Part shown: positions 1 through 10,227 of the stretch, in pieces
How positions within the stretch are numbered: the first letter of the stretch is position 1
Layout: every line of letters starts with the position of its first letter
NCBI GenBank assembly: GCA_963727895.1
Contig: CAVSHT010000009.1
Location: 352,001-416,000 of the forward strand
DNA: 64,000 nucleotides
Direction: 5' to 3'
Source of the DNA: an uncultured Methanosarcinaceae archaeon
Lineage (GTDB): Archaea; Halobacteriota; Methanosarcinia; Methanosarcinales; Methanosarcinaceae
Notes under the pieces: model-generated
What the model was told of the DNA's origin: nothing
What the model saw: the letters and a program-made list of their open reading frames with translations, nothing else
Database searches by the model: none
Position numbers and translations under genes: made by a program

Positions 1-1088
1 GAAATATTAAGCAGTATACCTTCGGAGTCCCTCGCAATCTTAACCGCAGATTCATAGATCTGCCCTTCGACTTCAAATTTAACTAGCTCTATTTGTCTGG
101 CAGCCATCAATCTGTGTCGCGTAGGAATAACTCTAATTCCCAAAGATCCTGTTTCGATAATGATTTTCCTGGCGAGTTTTGCAGTATCTTCAGGTTTTGC
201 AATCACCTTTATAACGTGAGCAGGGCGACCTTTTTTCATTGTTGCCGGGATAATTGCAACATCTCTTGCCCCCATAGCAAGCAATTCTTCGAACAAATTA
301 CCCAGAACTTCTCCGCTCACATCGTCAGCATTTGTTTCGAGCACCTCAATTATATCAGGAATCAAACAGGAATCAAGTTCTGATACAACTCCCTGAAGCA
401 CATTGGGACCTGAAAGACCTGCATCTCCTGCGCCGTAACCTATTGAAATAACTCTTCCTTGAGGAAAAGATTCCACTGGTCTTGCGAAATGAGAAAGAAC
501 AGCAGCTCCTGTAGGCGTAAGAAGCTCTTTTTTCTCAGCCCCTCCTGCAAAATAGAACTTTCCTCTTCTGAGAAGCTCAAGGGTTGCAGGCGCTGGCACA
601 GGCATAACTCCATGTGCACATCTGGTTGTTCCACTGCCTACGTTAATAGGGGTACAGTAAATTGAATCGCAGCTGAGGGAATGGATAGCTGCTGAAGAGC
701 CAATTATATCGGCAAGGGCATCACTCTGTCCAACTTCATGGAGATGAAGTTTCTCAAGGTCAGACTGCCCATGAACTGAAACTTCGGCTTCAGCCAGTTT
801 CTGAAAAATATCAAGAGCACTTGCTTCTACCTTTGGGGGCAAGCTTGCGGACTTTACCACATCTATAAGTTCCGGATATGTGCGGACTGATTCTTTCTCA
901 GGTACTTTAATCTGAACGTCCAGGGACTTTATTCCTGTTTTCACGATTTCTTTTATATCTACGGATACGTTGACAGAAGCTTCGATCAGTTCTTTTACCA
1001 TTTTTCGGTCAGCTCCAAGATCGAGAACGCAACCAAGAATCATATCTCCTGCTGCCCCTGAAAAAGGATTGAATACAAGCGCTTTCAT
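1..1088 (-). CDS. larC: Nickel pincer cofactor biosynthesis protein LarC (3' end runs off the window)
   Basis: Manual translation from ATG 1088 gives MKALVFNPFSGAAGDMILG...LHLHEVGQSDALADIIG, matching LarC motifs; adjacent to larB; absent from the ORF track, consistent with no stop before the window edge. Confidence 0.9.
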   Translation of the reverse strand, partial: MKALVFNPFSGAAGDMILGCVLDLGADRKMVKELIEASVNVSVDIKEIVKTGIKSLDVQIKVPEKESVRTYPELIDVVKSASLPPKVEASALDIFQKLAEAEVSVHGQSDLEKLHLHEVGQSDALADIIGSSAAIHSLSCDSIYCTPINVGSGTTRCAHGVMPVPAPATLELLRRGKFYFAGGAEKKELLTPTGAAVLSHFARPVESFPQGRVISIGYGAGDAGLSGPNVLQGVVSELDSCLIPDIIEVLETNADDVSGEVLGNLFEELLAMGARDVAIIPATMKKGRPAHVIKVIAKPEDTAKLARKIIIETGSLGIRVIPTRHRLMAARQIELVKFEVEGQIYESAVKIARDSEGILLNI

Positions 1089-1143
1089 GAAAATTCCTTC
1101 CTGCATTTCGTTTTATTCTTTTCGTTTCCTTTCCCTATAAATC

Positions 1144-1944
1144 TCATTCCTGGTTTTCACAGTCTTCTTTTCCGTGATTATAGGCAGAAGCAATCATATT
1201 TGCAATCCTTGCAGCATATGCCCCCGCAACAAAGCCTGCATCAATATTTACAACAGCAAGTGTTGAACAGGATTGAAGCATTGCCAGCAAAGCAGCTTTT
1301 CCCTCGCCTCCTGCCCCGTAACCCGTTGAAACCGGAAGCCCAATTATAGGTACGTCAACTAACCCTGAAACTATTGTAGGAAGCGTACCTTCCCTTCCTG
1401 CTGCCACCACAATTGCTCCGGGCTTCATGGATTTCAGTTTATGCAGTGCTGGAATAAGTCTGTGGATTCCTGCAACCCCCACATCATAAACCGAAACAGT
1501 TTCGCAGCCCATTTCAGCAGCTACAACCCTGGCTTCTTCGGCAGCTGGTATGTCTGCCGTGCCTGCAGATATAACGCCAACAACTCCTCCCGTATGCGGA
1601 GCAGGAGTGCCGTCATGAATAACTACTGTGCGTGCACGGCTGTTCCATTCGAGATTATCTGGACCAAAAACCTTCTTTAAGGCTTCCAGATGGGGAGGAG
1701 AAACGCGGGTAATCAGGGCTCTTTTACTTTTATCGACCATAACCCTGGCAATTTCAACAACATCTTCAGGCTCCTTGCAGTCAGCAAGAATAGCTTCAAC
1801 TACTCCAGTCCTGTTTTTCCTGTGCGTATCCACTTTAGCTATATTTGAATAGGAAACAAAACCCATACTGCGTAGCTGCTGTTCCGCAGTTTCAAGATCG
1901 ATTTTTCCTTCTTTGACAGAATTAAGTATATCAGTGAGATCCAT
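1144..1944 (-). CDS. larB: Nickel pincer cofactor biosynthesis protein LarB (PurE/AIR carboxylase-like)
   Basis: AGTADIPAAEEA, DVGVAGIHRL, PVSTGYG and VVNIDAGF motifs; probable start MDLTDIL at 1944. Confidence 0.92.
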   Translation of the reverse strand: MDLTDILNSVKEGKIDLETAEQQLRSMGFVSYSNIAKVDTHRKNRTGVVEAILADCKEPEDVVEIARVMVDKSKRALITRVSPPHLEALKKVFGPDNLEWNSRARTVVIHDGTPAPHTGGVVGVISAGTADIPAAEEARVVAAEMGCETVSVYDVGVAGIHRLIPALHKLKSMKPGAIVVAAGREGTLPTIVSGLVDVPIIGLPVSTGYGAGGEGKAALLAMLQSCSTLAVVNIDAGFVAGAYAARIANMIASAYNHGKEDCENQE

Positions 1945-2274
1945 GTACCGTCCTTCAACATGAAGAATTAAATGCTTTAGCAATAAACAGCTTAAATACC
2001 ATTTTATCAGGCAATATTATTATTTTCAAGCAATACTATAATAGAGACTCTTTAGAGTTTCAGACTAACACTCATACATGTTTGATTTTTATAATTTTGG
2101 GTTACGGCTTTGTAATTTTTAAGGTAAAAATTTGAAATTTTAGAGCTAAATGAGTATAGATAACTTAATTTGAATATTAACAGTGGAAAGTAAAATATTG
2201 CATAATATTTTAATAAAGTTAGCTTAAACAATATCTTCATTTTGCTATTTTAAAACTTAGAATTATCCCTGCTG

Positions 2275-3591
2275 TTATATTTGTTTGAACACCTCTTTTA
2301 CCATTGAAACTCTCTTTTCCAGATCAGGTCCTTCAAGTTTTTCTACAACCAATTCAAGCATCGCTGATATATCTATGTGCTGAGGACATTTTTCAAGGCA
2401 CTGTCCACATTGTGTGCACTGGGATGCATATCTGGTTTCTCCAACGAATAAGGTACCACTCAAATGTTCAGCATAGAGAAACTTTACATTGCCTGTATTG
2501 CTAGACATATAGAGATTGTTGTACAATTCAAAACAGAGTGGAATATTAACCCCTGATGGGCAAGGCATACAGTATCTGCAGCCTGTACAGCCTATTTTCA
2601 TCAGTTCACGATACTTCTGCCCTACTTTCTTTATTAGCTGCAGTTCATCTTCAGTCAAAGAATTCGGGTAAGCTTCACCTTCTATCTTCAGGTTCTCATG
2701 AATATGCTCTCCCTCATTCATACCGGAGAGGACAACCGTAACTTCCGAATGGTTCCATACCCATCGAAGAGCCCATTCTGCAGGTGACCTCTTTATCAGG
2801 GCTTCGTCCCAGATATCTTTCACGACTGGAGGAATGATTTTTGTCAGGTTCCCTCCTCGAAGAGGCTCCATAATTACAACGCCAAGACCTCTGGAAGCAG
2901 AATATTTTAGACCCTTTTTCCCTGCCTGATTCTTTTCGTCCAGGAAGTTGTACTGGATCTGGCAGAATTCCCAGTCATAAGCGTCCACTATCCGCTTGAA
3001 ATCCTCCCCTGCGCCGTGGAAGGAGAAAACTGCATTAATTATGCGGCCGTCAGCTTTGGCTTTGTCAAGGAAATCAATGTAATTGATCTGTAATTGAACA
3101 AAATCAAGTTCCGGATGAGCAATTAGAATTTCATCCAGTAATTCCGGTGTATCATGAAAAGACATACCCATGTTCTTTATTTTTCCTTCTTCCTTTTTCT
3201 TCAAAGCAAAACCGAATGTATCGTATTTACATGCCTGCTCATAAGCACTTACACCAATATTGTGAAGCAAATAATAATCAAAAAATTCGACACCACAATT
3301 TTCCAGTTGTTCGTTGAAGATCCTATTCTGATCGTCAACTGACTTTAACATTCTGGGAGGAAGTTTCGTCGCAAGAGTAAATTCATCTCTCTTCTGTCTT
3401 TTTACCAGAGCTTCTTTGATAGCCTCCTCACCCTTAAACCCATGATATGTATATGCCGTATCAAAGTAAGTAAATCCTTTTTCCAAAAAGGTATTTACCA
3501 ATTTGTTTAATGTTTCTGTATCAAATGACGTCTGCTCATCTTTATCTAAAAGTGGTAATCTCATACAGCCAAAACCTAATCGTTTTGCCAT
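2275..3591 (-). CDS. Aldo/keto reductase with C-terminal 4Fe-4S dicluster (apparently chimeric)
   Basis: LGFGCMRLP, FDTAYTY, LATKLP, MEPLRGG motifs; CTGCRYCMPCP and CTQCGQCLEKCP; internal duplicated segment. Confidence 0.85.
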   Translation of the reverse strand: MAKRLGFGCMRLPLLDKDEQTSFDTETLNKLVNTFLEKGFTYFDTAYTYHGFKGEEAIKEALVKRQKRDEFTLATKLPPRMLKSVDDQNRIFNEQLENCGVEFFDYYLLHNIGVSAYEQACKYDTFGFALKKKEEGKIKNMGMSFHDTPELLDEILIAHPELDFVQLQINYIDFLDKAKADGRIINAVFSFHGAGEDFKRIVDAYDWEFCQIQYNFLDEKNQAGKKGLKYSASRGLGVVIMEPLRGGNLTKIIPPVVKDIWDEALIKRSPAEWALRWVWNHSEVTVVLSGMNEGEHIHENLKIEGEAYPNSLTEDELQLIKKVGQKYRELMKIGCTGCRYCMPCPSGVNIPLCFELYNNLYMSSNTGNVKFLYAEHLSGTLFVGETRYASQCTQCGQCLEKCPQHIDISAMLELVVEKLEGPDLEKRVSMVKEVFKQI

Positions 3592-3640
3592 TTTATCTCC
3601 CCTATTCAATGATTCATAATGTACTACAGCCTCGAACATT

Positions 3641-3805
3641 TCATGTAGTCATACCAATATTACTCAACCAATCCGTAACATCTTTTTTCGCATCACTTAC
3701 ACGAGAGCCCTAGATAGCCAGCCCTTTCAAAAGCGTTGCTTTCAGACAAAGTTTTACAATATATTTTTCACTGCAACCTAATCCGCTTCCTTTATGTGTA
3801 CAAAA
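3641..3805 (-). pseudogene. Flavodoxin C-terminal remnant
   Basis: Manual translation FCTHKGSGLGCSEKYIVKLCLKATLLKGLAI*GSRVSDAKKDVTDWL matches the flavodoxin FCTHEGSGLG motif; no 5' half; internal TAG at 3710-3712. Confidence 0.75.
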
Positions 3806-3850
3806 TTTTAGAGTTTTGAAACGGGCTCATAATATAACATGAGTTTCAAC

Positions 3851-3926
3851 ATTGACTGATTAATCAATCATTATAGTGATTGATATTATATAAATATTCA
3901 CCGTAGATAAGAGTGACTGATCACTC
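3851..3926. promoter_or_regulatory. Two candidate TetR-type operator palindromes
   Basis: attgactgattaatcaat (3851-3868) and gagtgactgatcactc (3911-3926) share a TGACTGAT core with the site at 4534. Confidence 0.55.
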
Positions 3927-3943
3927 ATAAAAGAGTGAAAAAA

Positions 3944-4521
3944 TTAATTTTTAGCTATACCTCTCCAAATAATCTGAAATCCATCCTCCAAAACCTGATT
4001 TTCATCCAGTGAGGAATCTGAATCAAGGACAAGATTCACTACCGCTCTGCTACCTTGATAAAACATTGCAATGATCAGATCCGCGGAAAAGTCCCTTATC
4101 TCTCCCTCTTTCATTCCTTCATCCACAAGCTTATGGAGGAAGACATACTCTTTCATCACTTCATCACGTGTAAACTTTGTGATGTAAGGAGATGAGCAAA
4201 ATTGCCCGACAAAATGAAATTCTTCCTGATAGCTAACTCCCCACCTGATTAAATTTAACCATATTTTTCTTAACTCATCCTGAAAGGTACTCTCAGCTTC
4301 AAGATCTGTCCCCATAGCATGGCTCAAGTCTCCTTTAACCTCGAAATACAGGCTATTTATAAGATCTTCCTTTGTAGGAAAATAATTAAAAAGAGTACCT
4401 GTAGCTACACCTGCTTCTTTTGAAATCTGAGCAGTGGATGTACCGTGAAAGCCTCTTTCAGTGAAGAGCTTCGGGCCGCTTCCAGAATGGCTGTTCTTTT
4501 ATCCTTGACATGTTCTTTCAT
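3944..4521 (-). pseudogene. TetR/AcrR family regulator, frameshifted
   Basis: MKEHVKDKRTAILEAA, a 1-nt deletion at about 4472, then KLFTERGFHGTSTAQISKEAGVATGTLFNYFPTKEDL, which continues into ORF 3944-4327. Confidence 0.88.
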
Positions 4522-4533
4522 ATAGATCGCTAC

Positions 4534-4553
4534 AATTGACTGATTAGTCAGTT
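4534..4553. promoter_or_regulatory. Candidate TetR autoregulatory operator
   Basis: Imperfect palindrome aattgactgattagtcagtt 13 nt upstream of the tetR ATG. Confidence 0.55.
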
Positions 4554-4850
4554 AAATAGTAATATTATCTTATTACATATACTTAATGGTACTGATTCAT
4601 AATTATCAGCCAAAGATTTATAATATTTTCTTGCCACAGATATAAAAGAGGGAAATGTCCTTGCTAAAAATACAACCAAAAAATAATATATTGAATCCGT
4701 TTGTATTACATATAATATATAAAAGTAAGGATTTAATTAGAAATCAATAACATATGACTCTAATGAGTAAATAGAAATTTTTAGTTACTCAAACAAAAAG
4801 TATTTAGCGATACATTTAAAAATCCTGATTGTTAATGTGTAGAGATCATC

Positions 4851-5552
4851 ATGCTCATAGTACTCTCATTAGGCGGTTCAATTCTCGCAAAAAATCTTGA
4901 TCCGGATCGTTTTTTAAAATATGCAAATGTTCTCAGGAAGCTTTCGAAGAAGCATACTCTGCTTGTAGTAGCCGGAGGAGGAGAAGCAGCAAGGAACTAC
5001 ATAGAAACTGCCAGGGCAGTTGGTGCTGATGAAGTAACCTGCGACTATATAGGCATTGAAATTACTCGCCTGAATGCACGCCTGCTTGCCGCAGCTCTTG
5101 GACCCGACGCCTGTCCGGAAATTCCAACAAATTACCTGGAGGCCTCAAAAGCTATACGTCCCGGAAAAGTAGTTGTTATGGGAGGTGTCATCCCTGGACA
5201 GACTACGGATGCTGTTGCTGCAATTCTTGCGGAATTTTTGAGGGCTGACCTTCTTACAATTGCAACATCGATTGATGGAGTTTATTCAGCAGACCCCAAC
5301 TGTGACCCATCTGCAATAAAATATGAAAAAATACCTCCTGGAGAACTTATAAAAATTGTAATGGCAATCGAAATGAAAGCAGGTTCTAAATCCCCTGTTG
5401 ACCCTGTGGCTGCAAAAATTATCGAACGCTGTAAACTCGATGCACTTGTCATGGACGCCCGAAATCCTGCCTTACTTGAAGAAGTTCTTGATGGAGAAGC
5501 AATTAAAAAGTCTCCAATATCTTGTGGAACCTGGATTACAACAAAGATATAA
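4851..5552 (+). CDS. pyrH: UMP kinase
   Basis: SLGGS, GGGEAARNYI, PGQTTDAVAA and DGVYSADP motifs of archaeal PyrH. Confidence 0.95.
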   Translation: MLIVLSLGGSILAKNLDPDRFLKYANVLRKLSKKHTLLVVAGGGEAARNYIETARAVGADEVTCDYIGIEITRLNARLLAAALGPDACPEIPTNYLEASKAIRPGKVVVMGGVIPGQTTDAVAAILAEFLRADLLTIATSIDGVYSADPNCDPSAIKYEKIPPGELIKIVMAIEMKAGSKSPVDPVAAKIIERCKLDALVMDARNPALLEEVLDGEAIKKSPISCGTWITTKI

Positions 5553-5973
5553 GAACTCAATACTTAAACCAATAAAAGTTCAAGAAGCTTTAGCATCCAG
5601 ACAAAATATAGTTAAAAAAATCAAAATTGTGTTGGCGCAATCCTTTGAAAGTAAAAGGATATGTCTGCGCCAGCACTCTGATTAAATAGGAATTATCAAA
5701 AATCGAATATTTCTTGCTTACAATTCTTTTATCCCTGATTTCCTGATTTTCAACATATTTTTGGGCAATATCAAAAATCATTCCATTTCCTACGAAATCA
5801 ATAATCCTTAATCATTTCATACTTCATTTTTATATTTTAGAGTCTTCTTCATGATTTTATTTTAATATTAAAACATATTATAGACCTCACCTTAGAATAA
5901 TAATTTGGTTTTCCTTATTGGAAAAAGAGTAATATTTCGAAATAACTAACATATATGTATAGGGGGTTTACAA

Positions 5974-6372
5974 CTGGCACAGAAAACAGTTAAAAGATCT
6001 AAAGATGAGTGGAAAAAAGTACTTACGCCCAAGCAATATCACGTTCTGCGGCAAAAAGGTACAGAAAGACCCTTTTCAGGCAACCTGTACTATAATAAGG
6101 AAAAAGGAGTTTATACCTGTGCTGCCTGCGGGCAGGAGCTTTTTTCCTCGAATACCAAATTTGAGTCTGGATCTGGCTGGCCAAGTTTCTATGATGTACT
6201 TTCGAGTGATAGGGTACAGCTTAAAGAAGATACCAGTTATTTCATGAACAGGATCGAAGTAGTCTGTTCCCGCTGCGGAAGCCATCTGGGCCATGTCTTT
6301 GAAGATGGACCTGCTCCAACAGGGAAGCGTTATTGCATAAACTCTGTTTCTCTTAATTTCAAAAAAGAATGA
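5974..6372 (+). CDS. msrB: Peptide-methionine (R)-S-oxide reductase (missed by the ORF track; probable CTG start)
   Basis: Translation contains [44 protein letters not shown] and RYCINS; in-frame stop at 5947 and no canonical start before the conserved N-terminus. Confidence 0.92.
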   Translation: MAQKTVKRSKDEWKKVLTPKQYHVLRQKGTERPFSGNLYYNKEKGVYTCAACGQELFSSNTKFESGSGWPSFYDVLSSDRVQLKEDTSYFMNRIEVVCSRCGSHLGHVFEDGPAPTGKRYCINSVSLNFKKE

Positions 6373-6538
6373 GAAGAAGACAAGCCAAGTGAAAAATGAA
6401 ACTAGGAAGATTTTTTGGTCAAAAACAACCATTGGTCTACAACTTTCGTGTCACTTGACCAAACTATAACTATATGTTTTGAGACAAACTTTTAAACAAA
6501 ATGTTTTGGGGGATTGGATAAAGGGGGCAAGGTAAAAC

Positions 6539-6727
6539 TTGAAACTGGAGAAAGAATATGTTGAGAGAATTGGATTTTTAACCTTTTTGATATTTTACCT
6601 TTTATTATTCAACCTTTTATTTTCATTTAAGGGATCAGATTTTTCAATTTATGCTCCAGGAACACTCATTTTTGCCCTGGTGGGATATTGGTTTGGGGGA
6701 ATCTTACATGAGAAGTATTTAAAATGA
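6539..6727 (+). CDS. Small two-TM membrane protein
   Basis: 62-aa ORF with two hydrophobic segments and a purine-rich upstream region. Confidence 0.5.
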   Translation: MKLEKEYVERIGFLTFLIFYLLLFNLLFSFKGSDFSIYAPGTLIFALVGYWFGGILHEKYLK

Positions 6728-6842
6728 ACAACACGTTTGAAAAAATCCAGATATTACAACCCAATGGACATCTATATAGAAATTTTCTTAAACTTTGAGT
6801 TTCAAAATATTTATTATAGATTATAACAACCTATCGGACTAG

Positions 6843-7488
6843 ATGTTAAAAGCAATAATTTTTGATGTAGATGGGGTTCTCGTAGACTCCATGCCTCTTC
6901 CAGGCAGATGCCTGGGTCGAAGCATTCAGTGAAGTTGGAATTAGCATTACAAGAAAAGATATTTACGAGATAGAAGGCTCAAACAACAAGAGATTAATCA
7001 AATCAATTTTTGAAAAGGCTGGAAAAGAACTTGAACCCTGGCATTTAGAGCAACTGCCTAAAAAAAAATGTGAAGCTCTTGATTTTGATCAAATAAAACC
7101 CTTTGATGGCATAAAGGATTGTCTTAAGGAATTAAAAAGGCATTTCAAACTTGCCATGGTTTCCGGATCACATGCTGATACAATAGACAAAATTGTTAAT
7201 AAGTTTTTTCCTAACTATTTTGACGTAATAATTACAGGAAGTGATCTTGAGCGTGGAAAACCGGACCCAGCCCCTTACCTCAAAGCCCTTGAGAAGCTTG
7301 AACTAGCAAAAAACGAGTGTATAGTAATTGAAAATGCACCCCTAGGAATAACTGCTGCCAAAAGAGCTGGGCTTTACTGTGTTGCAGTTGCGAGCACACT
7401 TGAACCCGAAAAAGTACAACATGCGGACCTTGTGTTCAACGATCATTCGGCTCTTTTAGAATATCTAAAAAGTCTCATAATAGAATAA
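6843..7488 (+). pseudogene. HAD-family phosphatase, frameshifted
   Basis: MLKAIIFDVDGVLVDSMP (motif I), an extra base at about 6897-6900, then QADAWVEAF...GKPDPAPY...IENAPLGITAAKRAG. Confidence 0.85.
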
Positions 7489-8023
7489 TCACGAATTATT
7501 AGTGACGAGAGGTTTTCCTCTCAAATATTTATATAGAAAAAGAGAAAGGAAGTAACATGGGGGAGCTATTTTAACTTCTTACTGATGGCACGGTTTTTGG
7601 TCTGTTCGTATATTTTCGTCCCACGCTACAATTTAGTGATAGTTCTTGATTCTAGATATAGTTTACTTTTTCTATATATATATTGGTTTAGTATTGTTTT
7701 ATGCCCCAAATATATATTTAAAAGATATAATTTTATTTTATTATCTATTTGCCCTGACTTATTTTTTCAACTCACTTTTCCAGTCTTATTTATCCCCTCC
7801 CTTTGAACCTTCTGATTGGCAAAGTTGCGCCCCTACCGTGTTCCCAGGGTATCTTGAATATTTAATTGTGTAGTCAGCCTTTTCAGAAAAAATAGAGTGC
7901 AACATTTCCGAGAAAAGCTTGATACAAATCTTATCACAAAAGATTTGAATGGAAGAAACAGTGTAAAAACAAAGGTCAAAACAGTGAGATTTATAAAAAA
8001 CGATGAGGGTTAAATACAAACTT

Positions 8024-8052
8024 AAAAAAGAAAAAGAGAACCGGAGGGTTCG
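8024..8052 (-). terminator. Hairpin plus U-tract after mtaB
   Basis: Minus strand GAACC-CTCC-GGTTC followed by TCTTTTTCTTTTTT immediately after the stop. Confidence 0.6.
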
Positions 8053-8054
8053 GC

Positions 8055-9440
8055 TTAGAAGCCGTAGTTTTCCGGCAGGAAGACTTTAACTTCATTCTTG
8101 TATTTTGTAAGACAGTCGTCCATGAATGTGTCCATGTCGTCTGGAAGAGTATCGAGAGCTGCCTTTGCATCTGCGAGGGCTTTGGTTTCGAACCTTGAGA
8201 GTTCAAGTTTACCGGCTGCACCTTCTTCGACAATCTTGCAGCATTCGACTGCAGCATTCTTTGCTCTGAGGTAGATGTTGTCCCCGTCCTTGACAATTGA
8301 CTGACCGACTCTGTATGCGTTGTCGTATGCAAGCATATAAGCCTGTGGGTCTCTGTACCTGTCGGAGAGCATCATAAGATCCCTGAGAACTTTCTCGTTC
8401 TTGGTTTCAAGAGCAGTGTTCATGAGAGCACAGTCATATGCAAGGGTTTCAGACCAGCACTGAACAGTTGTACCACCGAATTCACCGTGATACTCAACAG
8501 ACTCGTTGGACCAGCAGTCACAGCACTGCATGACCAGGTTACCCATTACGTCAGAGTGAGCACAGGTTGAGGTTTTACCTTCCATGGTCATCGGCATACC
8601 TGTGATGGCTTTGACGATGATGTTTTCATATCCACAGTCTTTTCCGGGCCCTACTGCACCTGCTTCGTATGCAACGAGGGATCTGGGAGCAGAGATTGCC
8701 CTTGCGATAACTGCAATGGTGTGGGCGAGGTTCTTGTTGAGCAGTCCGCCACCAATGAACATTGCGGTGTTTGCCTGAGCACAGTCTGTATCACCTGCAG
8801 AAACAGTGCCGGTCTTCTTTGCAATGTTGGAGATGTCGTTCCAGATCATTTCCATATCAATGGAGCCGAGACAACCAATTGAGTAGAGCATACCAGGGAT
8901 ATCGTTCCTGAGAATTGCATAGTCGAAAACTTCCTTACCACCCATGCTCTCTACAGAAAGCAGGTCTGCACCACTCTTGGCACATTCTTCAAAGGCTTCA
9001 AGGAAGACAGAGTATTTGTCACCTCTGAGCTGTGGAAATTCTCTGTTCTCACGGATGTCACCAATAGTATGGCGAAGTGCACATTTTATGCCATATTCAT
9101 CATGGTATTTTTCCATAATGGTTTTCTGGGCATGTGCGACTTCTGCTCCCCAAGAAGGGTTGTTGGACATCTGCTGAACGTGTTCAGTTTCGAGGATAAT
9201 AGCTGGAAAACCAACCTGAACCATTCTCTCCATAACGTCAGTGGTGATCCTCTCGTATTCCTTTACGAGCTTTTCCTTGGATGCGCCAGCTTCAGGTCTT
9301 GGAGCATAATTAATTTCAGGAATAGTGTAACCTGCACCGATTTCGAGGTCAAGACCTGCCTTTACAGGGTACTTGGATACGCCGAAGGTCATTTCATCTG
9401 CGTTTGCGTATGCCATTGAAGTGTATCTTTTTGCTGCCAT
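8055..9440 (-). CDS. mtaB: Methanol:corrinoid protein methyltransferase MtaB (mtaB1-like)
   Basis: MAAKRYTSMAYANADEM N-terminus; GDTDCAQANTAM and GKDCGYE Zn-ligand motifs. Confidence 0.97.
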   Translation of the reverse strand: MAAKRYTSMAYANADEMTFGVSKYPVKAGLDLEIGAGYTIPEINYAPRPEAGASKEKLVKEYERITTDVMERMVQVGFPAIILETEHVQQMSNNPSWGAEVAHAQKTIMEKYHDEYGIKCALRHTIGDIRENREFPQLRGDKYSVFLEAFEECAKSGADLLSVESMGGKEVFDYAILRNDIPGMLYSIGCLGSIDMEMIWNDISNIAKKTGTVSAGDTDCAQANTAMFIGGGLLNKNLAHTIAVIARAISAPRSLVAYEAGAVGPGKDCGYENIIVKAITGMPMTMEGKTSTCAHSDVMGNLVMQCCDCWSNESVEYHGEFGGTTVQCWSETLAYDCALMNTALETKNEKVLRDLMMLSDRYRDPQAYMLAYDNAYRVGQSIVKDGDNIYLRAKNAAVECCKIVEEGAAGKLELSRFETKALADAKAALDTLPDDMDTFMDDCLTKYKNEVKVFLPENYGF

Positions 9441-9450
9441 TTTACTCACC

Positions 9451-10227
9451 TCAGTGCTTGTGGAATATATCTCTTAGTTCTTTGACACCTGTAGCTCCTG
9501 CAATGATTGCGTCAGCAATCTTTGGAGCATCAGCGGCTTCTTCACCATAAACCCCAAGTTCAAACTGGGATACAAAGTCCTGATTAACTGCGCCGCCACC
9601 ACATGCGAATGGAATCTTTATTCCGTTTTCAAGGAGCTTATCATTAACTTCCTTGAATGCATACATGGTTGTGGTCATGAGTGCAGTACCTGTGAGCAGT
9701 ATTGGATTCTCTTTTTTAACTGCATCAAGAACTTCTTCTGCAGGTACGTCCCTTCCAAGGTCAACTACATTGTAGCCGTTTGCCCTGAGGAGAGCGGTAA
9801 CGATGTTCTTTCCAATGTCGTGAACGTCACCTTCTGCGACGTGGCAGACAACGGTTCCTTTGGTTTTAGGAGCAGCTCCAGATTTTTCCTTACAGTATTC
9901 GATACCATCAAGCATGGCATCGGCAGACATCATGACATTGGGGAGAAAGATTACACCTTCGTCATAGAGTCTTATGACAACTCCCATACCGACCATGAGA
10001 GCGTCATCGATAAGAGTAATAGGTTCCTTGCCAGCATCGATTGCTACCTCGAGACCCTCGATAACGTCATCTTCTTCTCCTTCGAAGATGGCCTTTGCGA
10101 TGGGGTAAATCAGTTCTTCTTTAGGATAGAGCTCTTCTGCGGCTTCTTCAGGCGATAATGCCTTTTCCAGAGCCACGTTGTATCTGGTTAATATCTTTTT
10201 CAGACTTGCCTCTGTAAAGTCCAACAT
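9451..10227 (-). CDS. mtaC: Methanol corrinoid protein MtaC (mtaC1-like)
   Basis: MLDFTEASLKK N-terminus; [13 protein letters not shown]12-binding motif; upstream of mtaB. Confidence 0.97.
   Translation of the reverse strand: MLDFTEASLKKILTRYNVALEKALSPEEAAEELYPKEELIYPIAKAIFEGEEDDVIEGLEVAIDAGKEPITLIDDALMVGMGVVIRLYDEGVIFLPNVMMSADAMLDGIEYCKEKSGAAPKTKGTVVCHVAEGDVHDIGKNIVTALLRANGYNVVDLGRDVPAEEVLDAVKKENPILLTGTALMTTTMYAFKEVNDKLLENGIKIPFACGGGAVNQDFVSQFELGVYGEEAADAPKIADAIIAGATGVKELRDIFHKH

Noticed and set aside
93..665. Short ORFs within larC, and other antisense or overlapping ORFs in the track
   Set aside because: They are shadow frames of well-supported genes.
1..1088. Programmed frameshift in larC
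   Set aside because: The portion translated by hand (about the first 130 codons) is one continuous frame; no evidence of a shift was seen.
3710..3712. Novel pyrrolysine codon in flavodoxin
   Set aside because: The gene lacks its 5' half, so the TAG is decay.
6005..6432. ORFs 6005-6247 (+) and 6076-6432 (-)
   Set aside because: They are alternative frames of the real msrB gene.
7557..7873. Hydrophobic ORFs 7585-7806 and 7646-7873
   Set aside because: They are low-complexity AT-rich frames with no recognisable family; possibly a decayed membrane gene, but this is unsupported.
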